A DNA stretch of 64,000 nt, taken from Candidatus Latescibacterota bacterium (GTDB lineage Bacteria; Latescibacterota; UBA2968; UBA8231). The DNA is taken from assembly GCA_963422735.1 (NCBI GenBank), contig OY730476.1, forward strand, positions 4,078,847 through 4,142,846, read 5' to 3'. Positions 32,105 to 42,096 of this stretch are shown piece by piece (position 1 is the stretch's first letter; each line of letters begins with the position of its first letter). Both the position numbers and the translations under genes were made by a program. The notes beneath the pieces were generated by a model that saw only the letters and a program-made list of their open reading frames with translations, ran no database searches and had not been told where the DNA came from.

Positions 32105-34426
32105 TTGGCGCGTCTTCCGTCCATATCTCGGTGCTTTTGGCCCGGCGTCTTTGCAGCGGCCCTTGGCGCGGGAGTTGCCGGAGGGGACGCGCTGAAGAAC
32201 GCGGATGGATCGTGGAAATACAGCAATCATCTGGTGGGGGAGACGAGCCTCTATTTATTGCTGCACGCGCACAATCCGGTCGAGTGGTACCCTTGGGGAG
32301 AGGAGGCACTAGCGCGGGCCAAGGCCGAGGACAAGCCGATCTTCCTGTCGGTCGGCTACTCGACCTGCTATTGGTGCCACGTCATGGAGCGGCTGGTCTT
32401 TTCCGATCCCGCGATCGCCGCGCAGATGAATGCCAGTTTTGTCAATATCAAGGTCGATCGGGAGGAGCGGCCCGACATCGACCGCATTTACATGTTGGCG
32501 ACCCAACTAACTACCCGACGCGGCGGCTGGCCCAATTCGGTGTTTTTGACCCCAAGCGAGGAGCCGTTTTTCGCCGGCACGTACTTTCCGCCCAAGCCCT
32601 TACCCGGTCGGCCTTCCTTTCCCCAAGTCTTGGACTTTATGCGCCAGCGCTGGCAGGACCAGCGCGAGCAGGTGCTGCAAGTTGCGGCCCGCTTAACCGC
32701 GGCCATTCGCGACTTGGAATCCGGGCAGCAGATGGCGGCCGTGCCTCCAGATTCTTTGTTAGTAGCGCGGGTGCTAGCCGCTGTTCAGGTGCGCTACGAC
32801 GCGATTAACGGCGGCTTCGGGGGTGCGCCCAAATTTCCTCCGAGCTTGCGCTTGGAGATGCTGATGGCCACGACCGAGCGCTTTGCCGACCCCCAAGTAC
32901 AGCGCATCGTCTTGCACTCGCTGGAGCGGATGGCGACCGGCGGCATCTACGACCAAATCGGCGGAGGCTTTCACCGCTACGCCACGGACGCCGAGTGGCG
33001 AGTGCCGCACTTCGAGAAGATGCTCTACAGCCAAGCTCATTTGTCGCGGCTGTACTTGCGTGCGTACGAACTGACGGGAGACGACCGCTGGCGGTGGGTG
33101 GCAGAGGATATTTTTCACTTTGTCGCGCGGGAGATGACCGGGCCGGAGGGAGCTTTTTACTCGGCATTGGACGCCGAAACCGAGGCCGAAGAGGGCAAGT
33201 ACTACCTGTGGACTGTGAGGGATCTGGAAAATGTGTTGGGGCGCGAGGTGGAGTTGTTTTGGGCCGTCTATGGGTTGGCCCCCATGCCCGAGGGCGAGGA
33301 AGGCGTCCTCTACGTGCAAACGCCGTCTGCTGAGGCCGAGCAGCGGGATCGGATGGCACCTTTGCGGCAGCGCGTCCTTGCAGCGCGGGCCGAGCGGCCC
33401 TATCCCCTCCTAGACGACAAGGTGCTAGCCGCTTGGAACGGGATGATGATCGAAGCGTACGCACGGGGATTCGCGGTCTTGGGCGATCTTGCATATCGCC
33501 GAGCGGCCGAGCGAGCGGCTGATTTCGCTCTCAAGCATCTGCGGCGCGAGGACGGGGGGTTGTGGCGGGTCCACCGGCTGGGGATTTCGCAGCAGGCCGC
33601 GTACCTAGACGACTATGCATTTTTGGCGCGCGGGCTGACGGCATTGTACCGGGCCACCGGCGAGGCGCGGTGGTTGCAGGCCGCGCGCGAGCTGAGCGCC
33701 GAGATGGTGGCCCGGTTTTGGGATGAAGATGTCGAAGGTTTTTTCTTTACTGAAGCTAGCAACGCGCTCATCGTGCGGAGCAAGTTCGCCCAAGACTCGG
33801 CCTTGCCTTCGGGCAACGCGGTGGCCGCCCACGCGCTGCTAGACTTGGCCGAACTGACGGGCCAAGCGCACTATCGCAGCCGGGCGGCGCAAATTCTATC
33901 CGCTTTTGGCGGGGCCATCTGGGCACAGCCCTCGGCCTCGGTACATTTGGCTGCCGCAGTCGAGCGCCATCTGCAAGCGTCGCTGTCCGCAGCCGCATTA
34001 GCGGACACCTACGCGGATTCGCTGGTCTCCATGCGGGTTGAACTGCCCGCGCAACAGCCCGTGGCGGGCGAGGCTTTTGCCGTGGCAGTGCATCTAGATA
34101 TCCGCCCGGGCTGGCACATCAACGCTAACCCGGCCTCGGACGACTTGCTCATTCCCACCTCGCTGACGCTCAATGCGGACTGGCCGTTGGACTTTGCCCA
34201 CGTGCGCTATCCCATAGGCCGCTCTCAGGTCTTTCCAGTCCTAGAAGAGACGCTCTCGGTGTACGAGGATCAGGTCGCGCTGTGGGCGGATTTGTCGCTG
34301 CCCAAAAGTGCGGCGGGAACGGCGGGTCATTTGCGCTTCCTGATCCAATATCAAGCATGTGACGAGACTCATTGCCTCCCCCCGGCGGAATTGAGCCGCA
34401 GCGTGCGAGTGGCCGTGGCACCATGA
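32105..34426 (+). CDS. YyaL/SSP411-like thioredoxin-domain (DUF255) protein with signal peptide and C-terminal DsbD-N-like domain
   Basis: [21 protein letters not shown]...[19 protein letters not shown] is the DUF255 thioredoxin-like motif. The central region is alpha/alpha-toroid-like. The C-terminus (PGWHINANP...IPTSL...[13 protein letters not shown]) resembles the DsbD N-terminal domain. A TTG start is followed by the hydrophobic stretch [17 protein letters not shown]. Confidence 0.8.
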   Translation: MARLPSISRCFWPGVFAAALGAGVAGGDALKNADGSWKYSNHLVGETSLYLLLHAHNPVEWYPWGEEALARAKAEDKPIFLSVGYSTCYWCHVMERLVFSDPAIAAQMNASFVNIKVDREERPDIDRIYMLATQLTTRRGGWPNSVFLTPSEEPFFAGTYFPPKPLPGRPSFPQVLDFMRQRWQDQREQVLQVAARLTAAIRDLESGQQMAAVPPDSLLVARVLAAVQVRYDAINGGFGGAPKFPPSLRLEMLMATTERFADPQVQRIVLHSLERMATGGIYDQIGGGFHRYATDAEWRVPHFEKMLYSQAHLSRLYLRAYELTGDDRWRWVAEDIFHFVAREMTGPEGAFYSALDAETEAEEGKYYLWTVRDLENVLGREVELFWAVYGLAPMPEGEEGVLYVQTPSAEAEQRDRMAPLRQRVLAARAERPYPLLDDKVLAAWNGMMIEAYARGFAVLGDLAYRRAAERAADFALKHLRREDGGLWRVHRLGISQQAAYLDDYAFLARGLTALYRATGEARWLQAARELSAEMVARFWDEDVEGFFFTEASNALIVRSKFAQDSALPSGNAVAAHALLDLAELTGQAHYRSRAAQILSAFGGAIWAQPSASVHLAAAVERHLQASLSAAALADTYADSLVSMRVELPAQQPVAGEAFAVAVHLDIRPGWHINANPASDDLLIPTSLTLNADWPLDFAHVRYPIGRSQVFPVLEETLSVYEDQVALWADLSLPKSAAGTAGHLRFLIQYQACDETHCLPPAELSRSVRVAVAP

Positions 34427-36450
34427 TCCACTGCGAAGACCTCATCGGCTGCGGAGTGGACGAACTAGAGGCCGCCAAGCTCCTCGCCCAAGTCGAAGCC
34501 CTCTCCGGCACACCGGAAGCGCGCTGGCGGGAAGCGGCCCGTTGCATTCTGAGGCCGGATCATCCCTTCGCACTGCACCAGTTGATCTATCGAGCAATCT
34601 ACGGTAGCGCAGGCGGCCCGGTGTTTTTCCCCGAGTTAGCAGATATTGAGTACGCGCATATAACGGCACTGCGGCGCGAGCTTGGTCTGGATTCGCACGC
34701 CGCGCTCTTTGCATGGTCGGTTGCAGAGCGGGAGGCGTTTTGGGAGCGGACGATCGCTCGCTTGGGAATTCGCTTTCGCAAGCCATACGCGCGGCTTCTC
34801 GATCTCTCCCAAGGAATCGAAGTGCCCAAGTGGTTTGTCGGGGCCGAGATGAATATCGCCGAGAGTTGCTTCCAAGCTCCCGCCGATCAGACGGCCATTG
34901 TATTCCAGCGCGAGGGCGGCCGACTTGAGCGGATGAGTTTCGGTGCCTTGGAAGCCCTATGCGACCGGGTCGCCGGCGGGTTGTGCGCGTTGGGATTGGG
35001 TCCCGGCGACCGGATTGCCGTGGCCATGCCGATGACGGCCGAGTCCGTGGCGATCTATCTGGGGAGCGTCAAGGCCGGTTGCGCGGTGGTCGCCATCGCC
35101 GATAGCTTCGCCGCCCCCCAGATCGCCGCCCGGCTGCGGATAGGGGAGGCCAAAGCCGTTTTTACGCAGGACGTGATTTTGCGCGGGGGGCGCGAGTTGC
35201 CGCTGTATTCGCGCTTAGTCGCCGCGGAGGCCCCGTTGGCAATCGCGTTGCCGGGGCATGTGGAAGGGCTGACGGAGGCGTTGCGCCCCCGGGATCTGAG
35301 CTGGGACGAATTCTTGCAAGCCGACGCTGTGCCTGCGGCCGTGGCCTGTGACCCCGAAGAGACAACTAATGTCCTGTTTTCGTCGGGGACTACCGGCGAC
35401 CCCAAGGCCCTGCCTTGGACCCATGTCAACCCGATCAAGTGCGGTGCAGACGCGCACTATCATCAAGATGTTCACCCGGGCGACGTGGTCGCTTGGCCGA
35501 CCAATTTGGGCTGGATGATGGGGCCGTGGCTGATTTACGCCGCCTTTTTGAACCGGGCGACCATGGCGCTCTACTATGGTACGCCAACGGAGCGGGGTTT
35601 TGGGGAGTTTGTGCAAGCGGCTGGCATTACCATGCTCGGCGTCATTCCGAGCATGGTGCGGACTTGGCGCAGCACGGGCTGCATGGAGGGAATAGACTTT
35701 TCGGCGATTCGGGCTTTTAGTGCCACCGGGGAGTGCTCCAATGCCGAGGACATGCACTATCTGATGGCGCTGGCGGGGTATCGGCCGATACTCGAATACT
35801 GCGGCGGCACCGAGCTGGCGGGCGGCTACTTGCTCAGCACACTAGTCGAGCCGGTCGCACCCGCGACCTTTAATTCGGCGACGCTGGGGACGGACTTGGC
35901 GATTTTGGACGAAGACGGGCAGGAGTGCGAAAGCGGCGAGGTCTTTCTGGTCCCGCCCGCCATTGGAATGTCAACTCGGGTGCTCAACCGCGACCACCGA
36001 GAAGTGTACTATGCGGGCGTACCCAAGCGGGATGGGGTGCCACTGCGCCGCCATGGCGACCAAGTCGAGCGGCTGGCCCCGGGCATCTACCGGGTCCACG
36101 GCCGAGCCGACGACGCGATGAACCTAGGGGGGATTAAGGTGAGTTCCGCGGAGATCGAGCGGATATTGAATGCGATGCCGGGCGTGGTCGAGACCGCCGC
36201 GATTGCCGTGCCGCCGCTGGGGGGCGGGCCGAGCCGGCTGGTGATCTTCGCGGTGTTGGAGGACGCCGGTGACCACTTGCAAGATGCGATGCAACAAGCG
36301 ATCCGCCGGGAACTCAATCCGCTCTTCAAAATTCACGAGGTGGTGATGGTGGAATCGCTGCCGCGGACCGCGTCGAACAAGGTGATGCGGCGGGTCTTGC
36401 GGGAGCGGTACGGAAGAAAACCGCGCGAACATCGACGCGCTGGCCCGTAG
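34423..36450 (+). CDS. AMP-dependent synthetase/ligase (acetyl-CoA-synthetase-like adenylate-forming enzyme)
   Basis: ORF trimmed to the ATG at 34423, which overlaps the upstream stop (ATGA). AMP-binding motif [20 protein letters not shown]-like CGGTELAG, and late GRADD..N.GG.K. Confidence 0.85.
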   Translation: MIHCEDLIGCGVDELEAAKLLAQVEALSGTPEARWREAARCILRPDHPFALHQLIYRAIYGSAGGPVFFPELADIEYAHITALRRELGLDSHAALFAWSVAEREAFWERTIARLGIRFRKPYARLLDLSQGIEVPKWFVGAEMNIAESCFQAPADQTAIVFQREGGRLERMSFGALEALCDRVAGGLCALGLGPGDRIAVAMPMTAESVAIYLGSVKAGCAVVAIADSFAAPQIAARLRIGEAKAVFTQDVILRGGRELPLYSRLVAAEAPLAIALPGHVEGLTEALRPRDLSWDEFLQADAVPAAVACDPEETTNVLFSSGTTGDPKALPWTHVNPIKCGADAHYHQDVHPGDVVAWPTNLGWMMGPWLIYAAFLNRATMALYYGTPTERGFGEFVQAAGITMLGVIPSMVRTWRSTGCMEGIDFSAIRAFSATGECSNAEDMHYLMALAGYRPILEYCGGTELAGGYLLSTLVEPVAPATFNSATLGTDLAILDEDGQECESGEVFLVPPAIGMSTRVLNRDHREVYYAGVPKRDGVPLRRHGDQVERLAPGIYRVHGRADDAMNLGGIKVSSAEIERILNAMPGVVETAAIAVPPLGGGPSRLVIFAVLEDAGDHLQDAMQQAIRRELNPLFKIHEVVMVESLPRTASNKVMRRVLRERYGRKPREHRRAGP

Positions 36451-36473
36451 AGACCGAGCGAAAGGAGCATCCG

Positions 36474-37916
36474 ATGAAATATTACTGTCTGTCCGCTTTG
36501 CTGCTGGTGGCGGTCTATCCGGCTGGGGCTGGCCGCTACGATGAGCCGGGCTTTCTCACCAGCCACCTCGTCTCCGGCGGGGTGCCCAAAGACGGCATCC
36601 CCGCTCTGACCAATCCCACCTTCGTCGCGCCGGACGAAGTCGGCTACCTAGTAGAAGACGATGTGGTCATGGGGATAGTCATCAACGGCCAACCGCGAGC
36701 GTACCCGCACAACATTGGCTGGTGGAACGAGATCATCAACGATCGCGTCGGCGATCAGTCGGTCGCAGTGTCCCTGTGCCCGCTTACGGGCACCGGCCAA
36801 GTCTTCAACGCCACCGATAGCGATGGTTCGCAAATCGAGTTCGGGGTCTCCGGTCTGCTGATCAACAGCAACTTGGTCATGTACGACCGACGCGATGGCG
36901 AAACGCTCTACCCGCAGATGATTTACACGGCTATCAACGGTCCCCAAGTCGGCGACCGCCTAGAACTGATGCCCGTGGTGGAGACGACTTGGGCGCTGTG
37001 GAAGCGGATGTACCCAAGCACCACCGTGGTAAAAGCCACCACTGGCCAAGGGAACTACAACTCGCGGGCTGCTTACAACGAACAGCAATATACCTTCTAT
37101 CCTTACGGCGACTACCGCACCAGCAACGAGTACCTGATTTTCCTGCCGACGACCAACGGCGGCGCATTCGACCAGCGCTTTGCCACCAAGGATCTCGTGT
37201 TAGGGCTGTGCCGCGGCGACCAGACCAAGGCCTTCCCCTTCGCGCTGATGCCCGACGGGGCGGTTATCAACGATCTCGTCGGCGACGATCCCGTAGTCGT
37301 CCTATTCGACGTCGAGTCGCGCACGGCCTTGGCCTATTTCAGCCAACTCGACGACGCGCCATTGAGCTTTTACGGGGTGGCGTCCGAGGGGCCGTTGCCG
37401 ATGGAGTTTGTGGATGCGGAAACGGGTTCGCGCTGGAACATGCTCGGCCAAGCCGTTGCGGGGCCGCTTGCGGGGAGGCGATTAGAGCAAGTCCCGGCGT
37501 ACAACGCCATGTGGTTTGCCTGGGCCGCCTACTGGCCCGATACTGCGGTCTGGCAGCCGGGCGAGGGGATCCTCAGCGTAGAGGACATCGAGCAAGTCGC
37601 AACGATCGTCGCAGCCTTTGACGCCCAGCCTACGGGCTTTGCCCTGCGGCAAAACTTTCCCAACCCGTTCAACGCTCAGACATTGATTCAGTACGAGCTT
37701 CCAGCGGCCGGGCCGATGCGGCTTGGCATGTTCAACACGGCTGGGCAGCGAGTGCGCTTGCTGGTAGAAGAGCACCAAGCGGCCGGGCTATACTTGCAAC
37801 CCTGGGACGGACGTGACGACGCCGGGGCGCAGGTAGCGAGCGGGACGTATCTGTACAGATTGGAGATGCCCTCGGCGAGGTTTAGCCAGACGCGGATGAT
37901 GACGTTGGTGCGTTGA
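36474..37916 (+). CDS. DUF3179 domain protein with T9SS-type (FlgD-Ig-like) C-terminal sorting domain
   Basis: Signal peptide, then GGVPKDGIPALTNPTF, RAYPHNI..WNEIIND, CPLTGTG and GVSGLL.NSNLVMYD (DUF3179 pattern). The last ~85 aa (LRQNFPNPFNAQTLIQYELP...GTYLYRLE) match the type-A Por/T9SS C-terminal domain pattern. Confidence 0.8.
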   Translation: MKYYCLSALLLVAVYPAGAGRYDEPGFLTSHLVSGGVPKDGIPALTNPTFVAPDEVGYLVEDDVVMGIVINGQPRAYPHNIGWWNEIINDRVGDQSVAVSLCPLTGTGQVFNATDSDGSQIEFGVSGLLINSNLVMYDRRDGETLYPQMIYTAINGPQVGDRLELMPVVETTWALWKRMYPSTTVVKATTGQGNYNSRAAYNEQQYTFYPYGDYRTSNEYLIFLPTTNGGAFDQRFATKDLVLGLCRGDQTKAFPFALMPDGAVINDLVGDDPVVVLFDVESRTALAYFSQLDDAPLSFYGVASEGPLPMEFVDAETGSRWNMLGQAVAGPLAGRRLEQVPAYNAMWFAWAAYWPDTAVWQPGEGILSVEDIEQVATIVAAFDAQPTGFALRQNFPNPFNAQTLIQYELPAAGPMRLGMFNTAGQRVRLLVEEHQAAGLYLQPWDGRDDAGAQVASGTYLYRLEMPSARFSQTRMMTLVR

Positions 37917-37971
37917 TTTTGGGACTGTTTGCCAAGCCTTTCCCTTATATATCCCTGAGAAGGCTAATGGC

Positions 37972-38130
37972 ATGTTGAAGCTCGCCGTTGTTACAGGCGT
38001 GATGCTGTGGGGTGGCCTCGCCGAGGCGATGACGTGGGATTCGACGACGGGACGACGCAAGGGGGAGCCGCCAAAGTGGCTGTTGCATAGGGAGGTCGGG
38101 CTGAAAATTGCCACGGGAGAGACGACATGA
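37972..38130 (+). CDS. Possible 52-codon upstream ORF (hydrophobic N-terminus), hypothetical
   Basis: Own translation gives MLKLAVVTGVMLWGGLAEAMTWDSTTGRRKGEPPKWLLHREVGLKIATGETT*. Its stop overlaps the ATG of the next gene (ATGA). It falls below the ORF-track length cut-off and I recognise no homology. Confidence 0.3.
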   Translation: MLKLAVVTGVMLWGGLAEAMTWDSTTGRRKGEPPKWLLHREVGLKIATGETT

Positions 38131-40493
38131 GCAATTGCCTCGGTCGCTATCTACACTGGTTGCACACGCGGTGGCCAGCCGGCGTGGTGGAAAAGTTGCC
38201 GCGGGTGGATGAGCACGGGCAGGGCAATATCCCCGGGCTGTACATCGTCGGCGACTTGACCGGGATTCCGCTGTTGAAGTTCTCGGCCGATACGGGCGCA
38301 CGGGCCGTGCAGCACATCGCAGCCGACGAGACATTCCAGCCCAGCAAGGGGCAGGAGGATGTCTTGGACTTGGCGATTGTCGGCGCGGGCGTTTCCGGCA
38401 TGTCGGCAGCCTTGGAGGCGCGGGAGGCAGGATTGTCGTTTGTGCTTTTGGAGGCGACCGAGCCGTTTTCCACGCTGGTCAATTTTCCCAAAGGAAAGCC
38501 CATTTACACTTATCCCACCGAAATGGAGCCGGCCGGGCAGATCCGCTTTGCCGCCGAGGTTAAGGAGCCGCTGATCGAGGAGCTGTACGAGCAGACGCTC
38601 GCCCAAGGCATTGAGCCGACTAGGGCGCGCGTTGAGCAGGTAAAAAGGCGGGGAGACCACTTTGAATTGGAGATCCCGCGCCAGGAGAATATCAAGGCCC
38701 GCCGCGTGATCGTCGGGATCGGGCGCTCGGGTAACTTTCGCAAGCTAGGGGTGCCGGGCGAAAATCTGGACAAGGTATTCAACCGCTTGCACGACCCGGT
38801 TGACTTCTGCGACAAAGACGTGCTGGTCGTTGGCGGCGGCGACAGCGCCTTAGAGGCGGCCATTGCCATCGCCCAATGTGGAGGGCGAGTGACCGTCTCC
38901 TACCGCAAGCCCGAATTTTCTCGCCCTAAGCCTGAAAACGTCGAAAAGCTGAACATGCTTGCGGCCGATCCAATGGCTGACGCGGCCGTGGATACCCCTT
39001 CTTCCGAGCGGGTGACGACTAGCAGTGGTGCCTTTATGGAGAAGGGCCGCCAAGCGGGGTCAATCCGCCTACTGATGGCCAGCCAAGTGCTGCACATTGA
39101 AGACGCGGTCGCGCTCAAAGACGCCGAAGGCCACGAACTGAGCCTGCCCAACGACGCGGTGTTTTCCATGATTGGGCGCGAGGCCCCGCTCGAGTTTTTC
39201 CGCCGCTCGGGCGTCGAAATAAGCGGCGAAATGAAGAGCAAGCAGTGGTGGGGCTTTGGACTTTTTATGGCCTTTTGTTTTTTCGTCTATAACTGGAAGG
39301 CCGGCGGTGCGCTGACCAACCTCTTCAAAGGGGGTGAACTCTTCCCCTTCAACGTGCCCGAATGGATGCAGAGGCTGTCGGCCCAGGCTGGAGATATGAC
39401 GACGCTGCTGGGGATCCTCGCCTTCAACCTCGGCAAGCCCGGCTTCTGGTATAGTTTGGCCTATACGCTCTTGGTCATAGTCTTCGGGTACAAGCGGATT
39501 GCGCGGCGGCGGATCCCTTACGTCAAGTGGCAGACCTTTTCGCTGGGGGCGGTGCAGATAGTCCCGCTCTTTCTCCTACCCTATATCGTCCTGCCCTATC
39601 TGGGCCACAACGGATTTTTCGATTCAGGTTGGGCCAAGGCCGTGGCTGACCAACTCTTCCCAGTGGTCCATTACGACCACGGACGCGAGTACTGGCGGGC
39701 TTTTGGGCTGGTGCTGGCTTGGCCGCTCTTTGTGTGGAACGTCTTCAGCGGCGAGCCGCTGTGGTGGTGGCTGGCCATCAGCGCGGTGCAGACGTTTGTG
39801 GCCATTCCGCTGATGATCTACTTCTGGGGCAAGGGGGCCTATTGCGGCTGGATCTGTTCCTGCGGCGCACTCGCCGAGACTTTGGGCGACGCGCAGCGGC
39901 ACAAGATGCCGCACGGGGCCTTCTGGAACAAGATGAACATCATAGGCCAAGTGATCCTCTTCCTGTGCGTGGTGATGCTCCTAGGGAGAATTGCGAGTTG
40001 GGTATGGCCGGACACGGGCTTGGGTCAATGGATGCGCGGGCTGTACGAAGGCATGCTCTACGGCTGGCAGGTCTTAGGCATCCAGCTCAACTACAAATGG
40101 GCCATTGACCTGATGCTGGCGGGCGTAGTGGGCTACGGTGCCTATTTCTGGTTCAGCGGCCGGGTGTGGTGCCGCTTCGCCTGCCCGCTGGCGGCCCTGA
40201 TGCACATCTATGCGCGCTTCAGCCGCTTCCGCATCCTCGCCGACAAGAAAAAGTGCATCTCCTGCAATGTCTGCACCTCGGTATGCCACCAAGGCATCGA
40301 CATTATGAACTTCGCCAACAAGGGGCTGCCCATGGCCGACCCGGAGTGCGTGCGCTGTAGCGCGTGTGTGCAGTCTTGCCCGACGGGTGTGCTGGAGTTT
40401 GGTCAGATCGACAAAAGCGGAGAGGTGATAAAGACCGATGGGTTAGCGGCGTCGCCAGTGCGGATGCAGGAGAAGGAAAAGAGTGGTGAGTGA
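38127..40493 (+). CDS. FAD/NAD(P)-dependent oxidoreductase fused to a NapH/MauN-like polyferredoxin membrane domain
   Basis: Two dinucleotide folds (LAIVGAGVSGMSAALEA and VLVVGGGDSALEAA). Multiple TM helices follow. Cys clusters are CGWICSCGALAE, WCRFACPL, CISCNVCTSVCHQ and CVRCSACVQSCP. GGGAGAG lies upstream of the ATG. Confidence 0.8.
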   Translation: MSNCLGRYLHWLHTRWPAGVVEKLPRVDEHGQGNIPGLYIVGDLTGIPLLKFSADTGARAVQHIAADETFQPSKGQEDVLDLAIVGAGVSGMSAALEAREAGLSFVLLEATEPFSTLVNFPKGKPIYTYPTEMEPAGQIRFAAEVKEPLIEELYEQTLAQGIEPTRARVEQVKRRGDHFELEIPRQENIKARRVIVGIGRSGNFRKLGVPGENLDKVFNRLHDPVDFCDKDVLVVGGGDSALEAAIAIAQCGGRVTVSYRKPEFSRPKPENVEKLNMLAADPMADAAVDTPSSERVTTSSGAFMEKGRQAGSIRLLMASQVLHIEDAVALKDAEGHELSLPNDAVFSMIGREAPLEFFRRSGVEISGEMKSKQWWGFGLFMAFCFFVYNWKAGGALTNLFKGGELFPFNVPEWMQRLSAQAGDMTTLLGILAFNLGKPGFWYSLAYTLLVIVFGYKRIARRRIPYVKWQTFSLGAVQIVPLFLLPYIVLPYLGHNGFFDSGWAKAVADQLFPVVHYDHGREYWRAFGLVLAWPLFVWNVFSGEPLWWWLAISAVQTFVAIPLMIYFWGKGAYCGWICSCGALAETLGDAQRHKMPHGAFWNKMNIIGQVILFLCVVMLLGRIASWVWPDTGLGQWMRGLYEGMLYGWQVLGIQLNYKWAIDLMLAGVVGYGAYFWFSGRVWCRFACPLAALMHIYARFSRFRILADKKKCISCNVCTSVCHQGIDIMNFANKGLPMADPECVRCSACVQSCPTGVLEFGQIDKSGEVIKTDGLAASPVRMQEKEKSGE

Positions 40494-40499
40494 AAACCA

Positions 40500-41963
40500 C
40501 TAGCCACTAGCCAGTGCCTGCTCTAGCCGCTGGCAAAACGTCTCAATGACCTTGAGGCGGGCGAAGCGTTTGTCGTTGCCCTCCACCAAGATCCAAGGAG
40601 CAGCGGGCGTGTGGGTGCGGGCTACCATGTCGTCAACAGCGGCCTCGTAATCGTCCCATTTCTCTCGGTTGCGCCAGTCCTCGTCGGTGATCTTCCAGCG
40701 CTTGTGCGGAGTCGCCTGACGCGCCTTGAAGCGCCGGAGCTGCTCGTCCTTGTCTATGTGAATCCAGTATTTGGCTACCACCATGCCGTGGTCTGTTAGC
40801 TGCTTCTCGAAATCGTTGATCTCGCCGTACGCCCGCTTCCAAGCCGCTTTGGCGGCAAAGCCCTCGACGCGCTCGACTAGCACCCGGCCATACCAACTGC
40901 GGTCGAAAATCACTATCCGACCTGCGCGCGGCAGGTGGTGCCAAAAGCGCCATAGATAGTGTTGGGCGTGCTCCTCGTCCGTGGGGGCGGCGACTCGGAT
41001 GATCTGATAGATACAGGCGTCGAGGGCGGCAGTCAGGCGCTGGATGACCCCGCTCTTGCCGGCTGCATCGGCCCCTTCGAAAGTCAAGATGGTAGAGACG
41101 CCTTTGCGGCGAGCCTGCTGAGTCAAGCGATAGAGCCGGCCCTGGTATCGCTCTAGCAAAGCTTGGTACTCCTTCTTGGGTACCCGCTTTTTCATGTCTA
41201 GCTGGGTCAGCACGTTGGGCGCGGGCGGCCAATCTGAGCCAACGAGCTTGAAGCAACTCTTTTGGGCCAGACGCTGGCCAATGGCGTCGCGCACGGCGCG
41301 GCCCACCATCAACATGTAGTGAGGATCGCTGCCTTCGACAACCTGCCAATGAGCGCCGCTGATGTTGGTCTTTTTTAGTAAGCGATCGGCGGCTCGCTTG
41401 AACTCGTCGTAGTACTTCAAGCCCTCTCTTGCGTCTGCGTTCACCTGCCAGCGGGTCTGCGGGTTTTGCTCCAAGTCCGCAATGCGTTTCTGCCGCGCCT
41501 CTTTGTCCAAGTGAATCCACAACTTGATCAGCAGCGCACCATCGACGACGAGCGCATTTTCAAAGGCCGCAATGCGGTCGCTGTCGCGATCAAAGGCCGC
41601 CTCATCGCTTCGCCCATGCGCTAGGTCGCGCAACGGGCGATCGCACCAGCCGTTCAAGTATATGCCGATTGTTCCCTTCGGCGGCAAGGAGAGCCAATAG
41701 CGCCAGTATTCTGGACGCTCGCGTTCCTCTGCGGACGGTGGCTCAAAGGCGCAGACCGCGATGCTGTGCGAATCCATCCACTGGCTGAGCGCGTTGCTCG
41801 CCTTGCTCGTACCTGCGCCGGCAAAGCCACCTAAGACGATGAGAGTTGGAAAGCGAGCTTGCTGCAACCGCTCTTGAGCAGCGAGCAGTTCCGTGCGCAA
41901 CTCGGCTTCAAGCTCCTTGTAGCGGCTATTCGGAACGCCGCGCTCCAACTCTTTGGTTGCCAT
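40500..41963 (-). CDS. Two-domain polyphosphate kinase 2 (polyphosphate:AMP phosphotransferase type)
   Basis: 487 aa with two PPK2 halves. The N-terminal half has a degenerate P-loop (VLGGFAGAGTSKA). The C-terminal half is canonical (FEGADAAGKSG) and is followed by YLWRFW and FDRSWY. Confidence 0.85.
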   Translation of the reverse strand: MATKELERGVPNSRYKELEAELRTELLAAQERLQQARFPTLIVLGGFAGAGTSKASNALSQWMDSHSIAVCAFEPPSAEERERPEYWRYWLSLPPKGTIGIYLNGWCDRPLRDLAHGRSDEAAFDRDSDRIAAFENALVVDGALLIKLWIHLDKEARQKRIADLEQNPQTRWQVNADAREGLKYYDEFKRAADRLLKKTNISGAHWQVVEGSDPHYMLMVGRAVRDAIGQRLAQKSCFKLVGSDWPPAPNVLTQLDMKKRVPKKEYQALLERYQGRLYRLTQQARRKGVSTILTFEGADAAGKSGVIQRLTAALDACIYQIIRVAAPTDEEHAQHYLWRFWHHLPRAGRIVIFDRSWYGRVLVERVEGFAAKAAWKRAYGEINDFEKQLTDHGMVVAKYWIHIDKDEQLRRFKARQATPHKRWKITDEDWRNREKWDDYEAAVDDMVARTHTPAAPWILVEGNDKRFARLKVIETFCQRLEQALASG

Positions 41964-42096
41964 TGATCGCCTCTCTCCCTTACAAAAATAGTAAAAAAAT
42001 CGTCACTAATTCCAGCCCGCAATCCGCAACACATCGATTGCCGACCGCAGGGCAAAACCGTAGATTTTTGTACCCTTTGGCAAAGGAGCCTTTGGC

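Noticed and set aside
40497-40513. CCACTAG CCACTAG, one mismatch from the reverse-complement heptamer CCACTAA, at the convergent ends of two genes
   Set aside because: There are only two copies, and they form the last codons (LASG*) of the PPK2 gene. It cannot be distinguished from chance.
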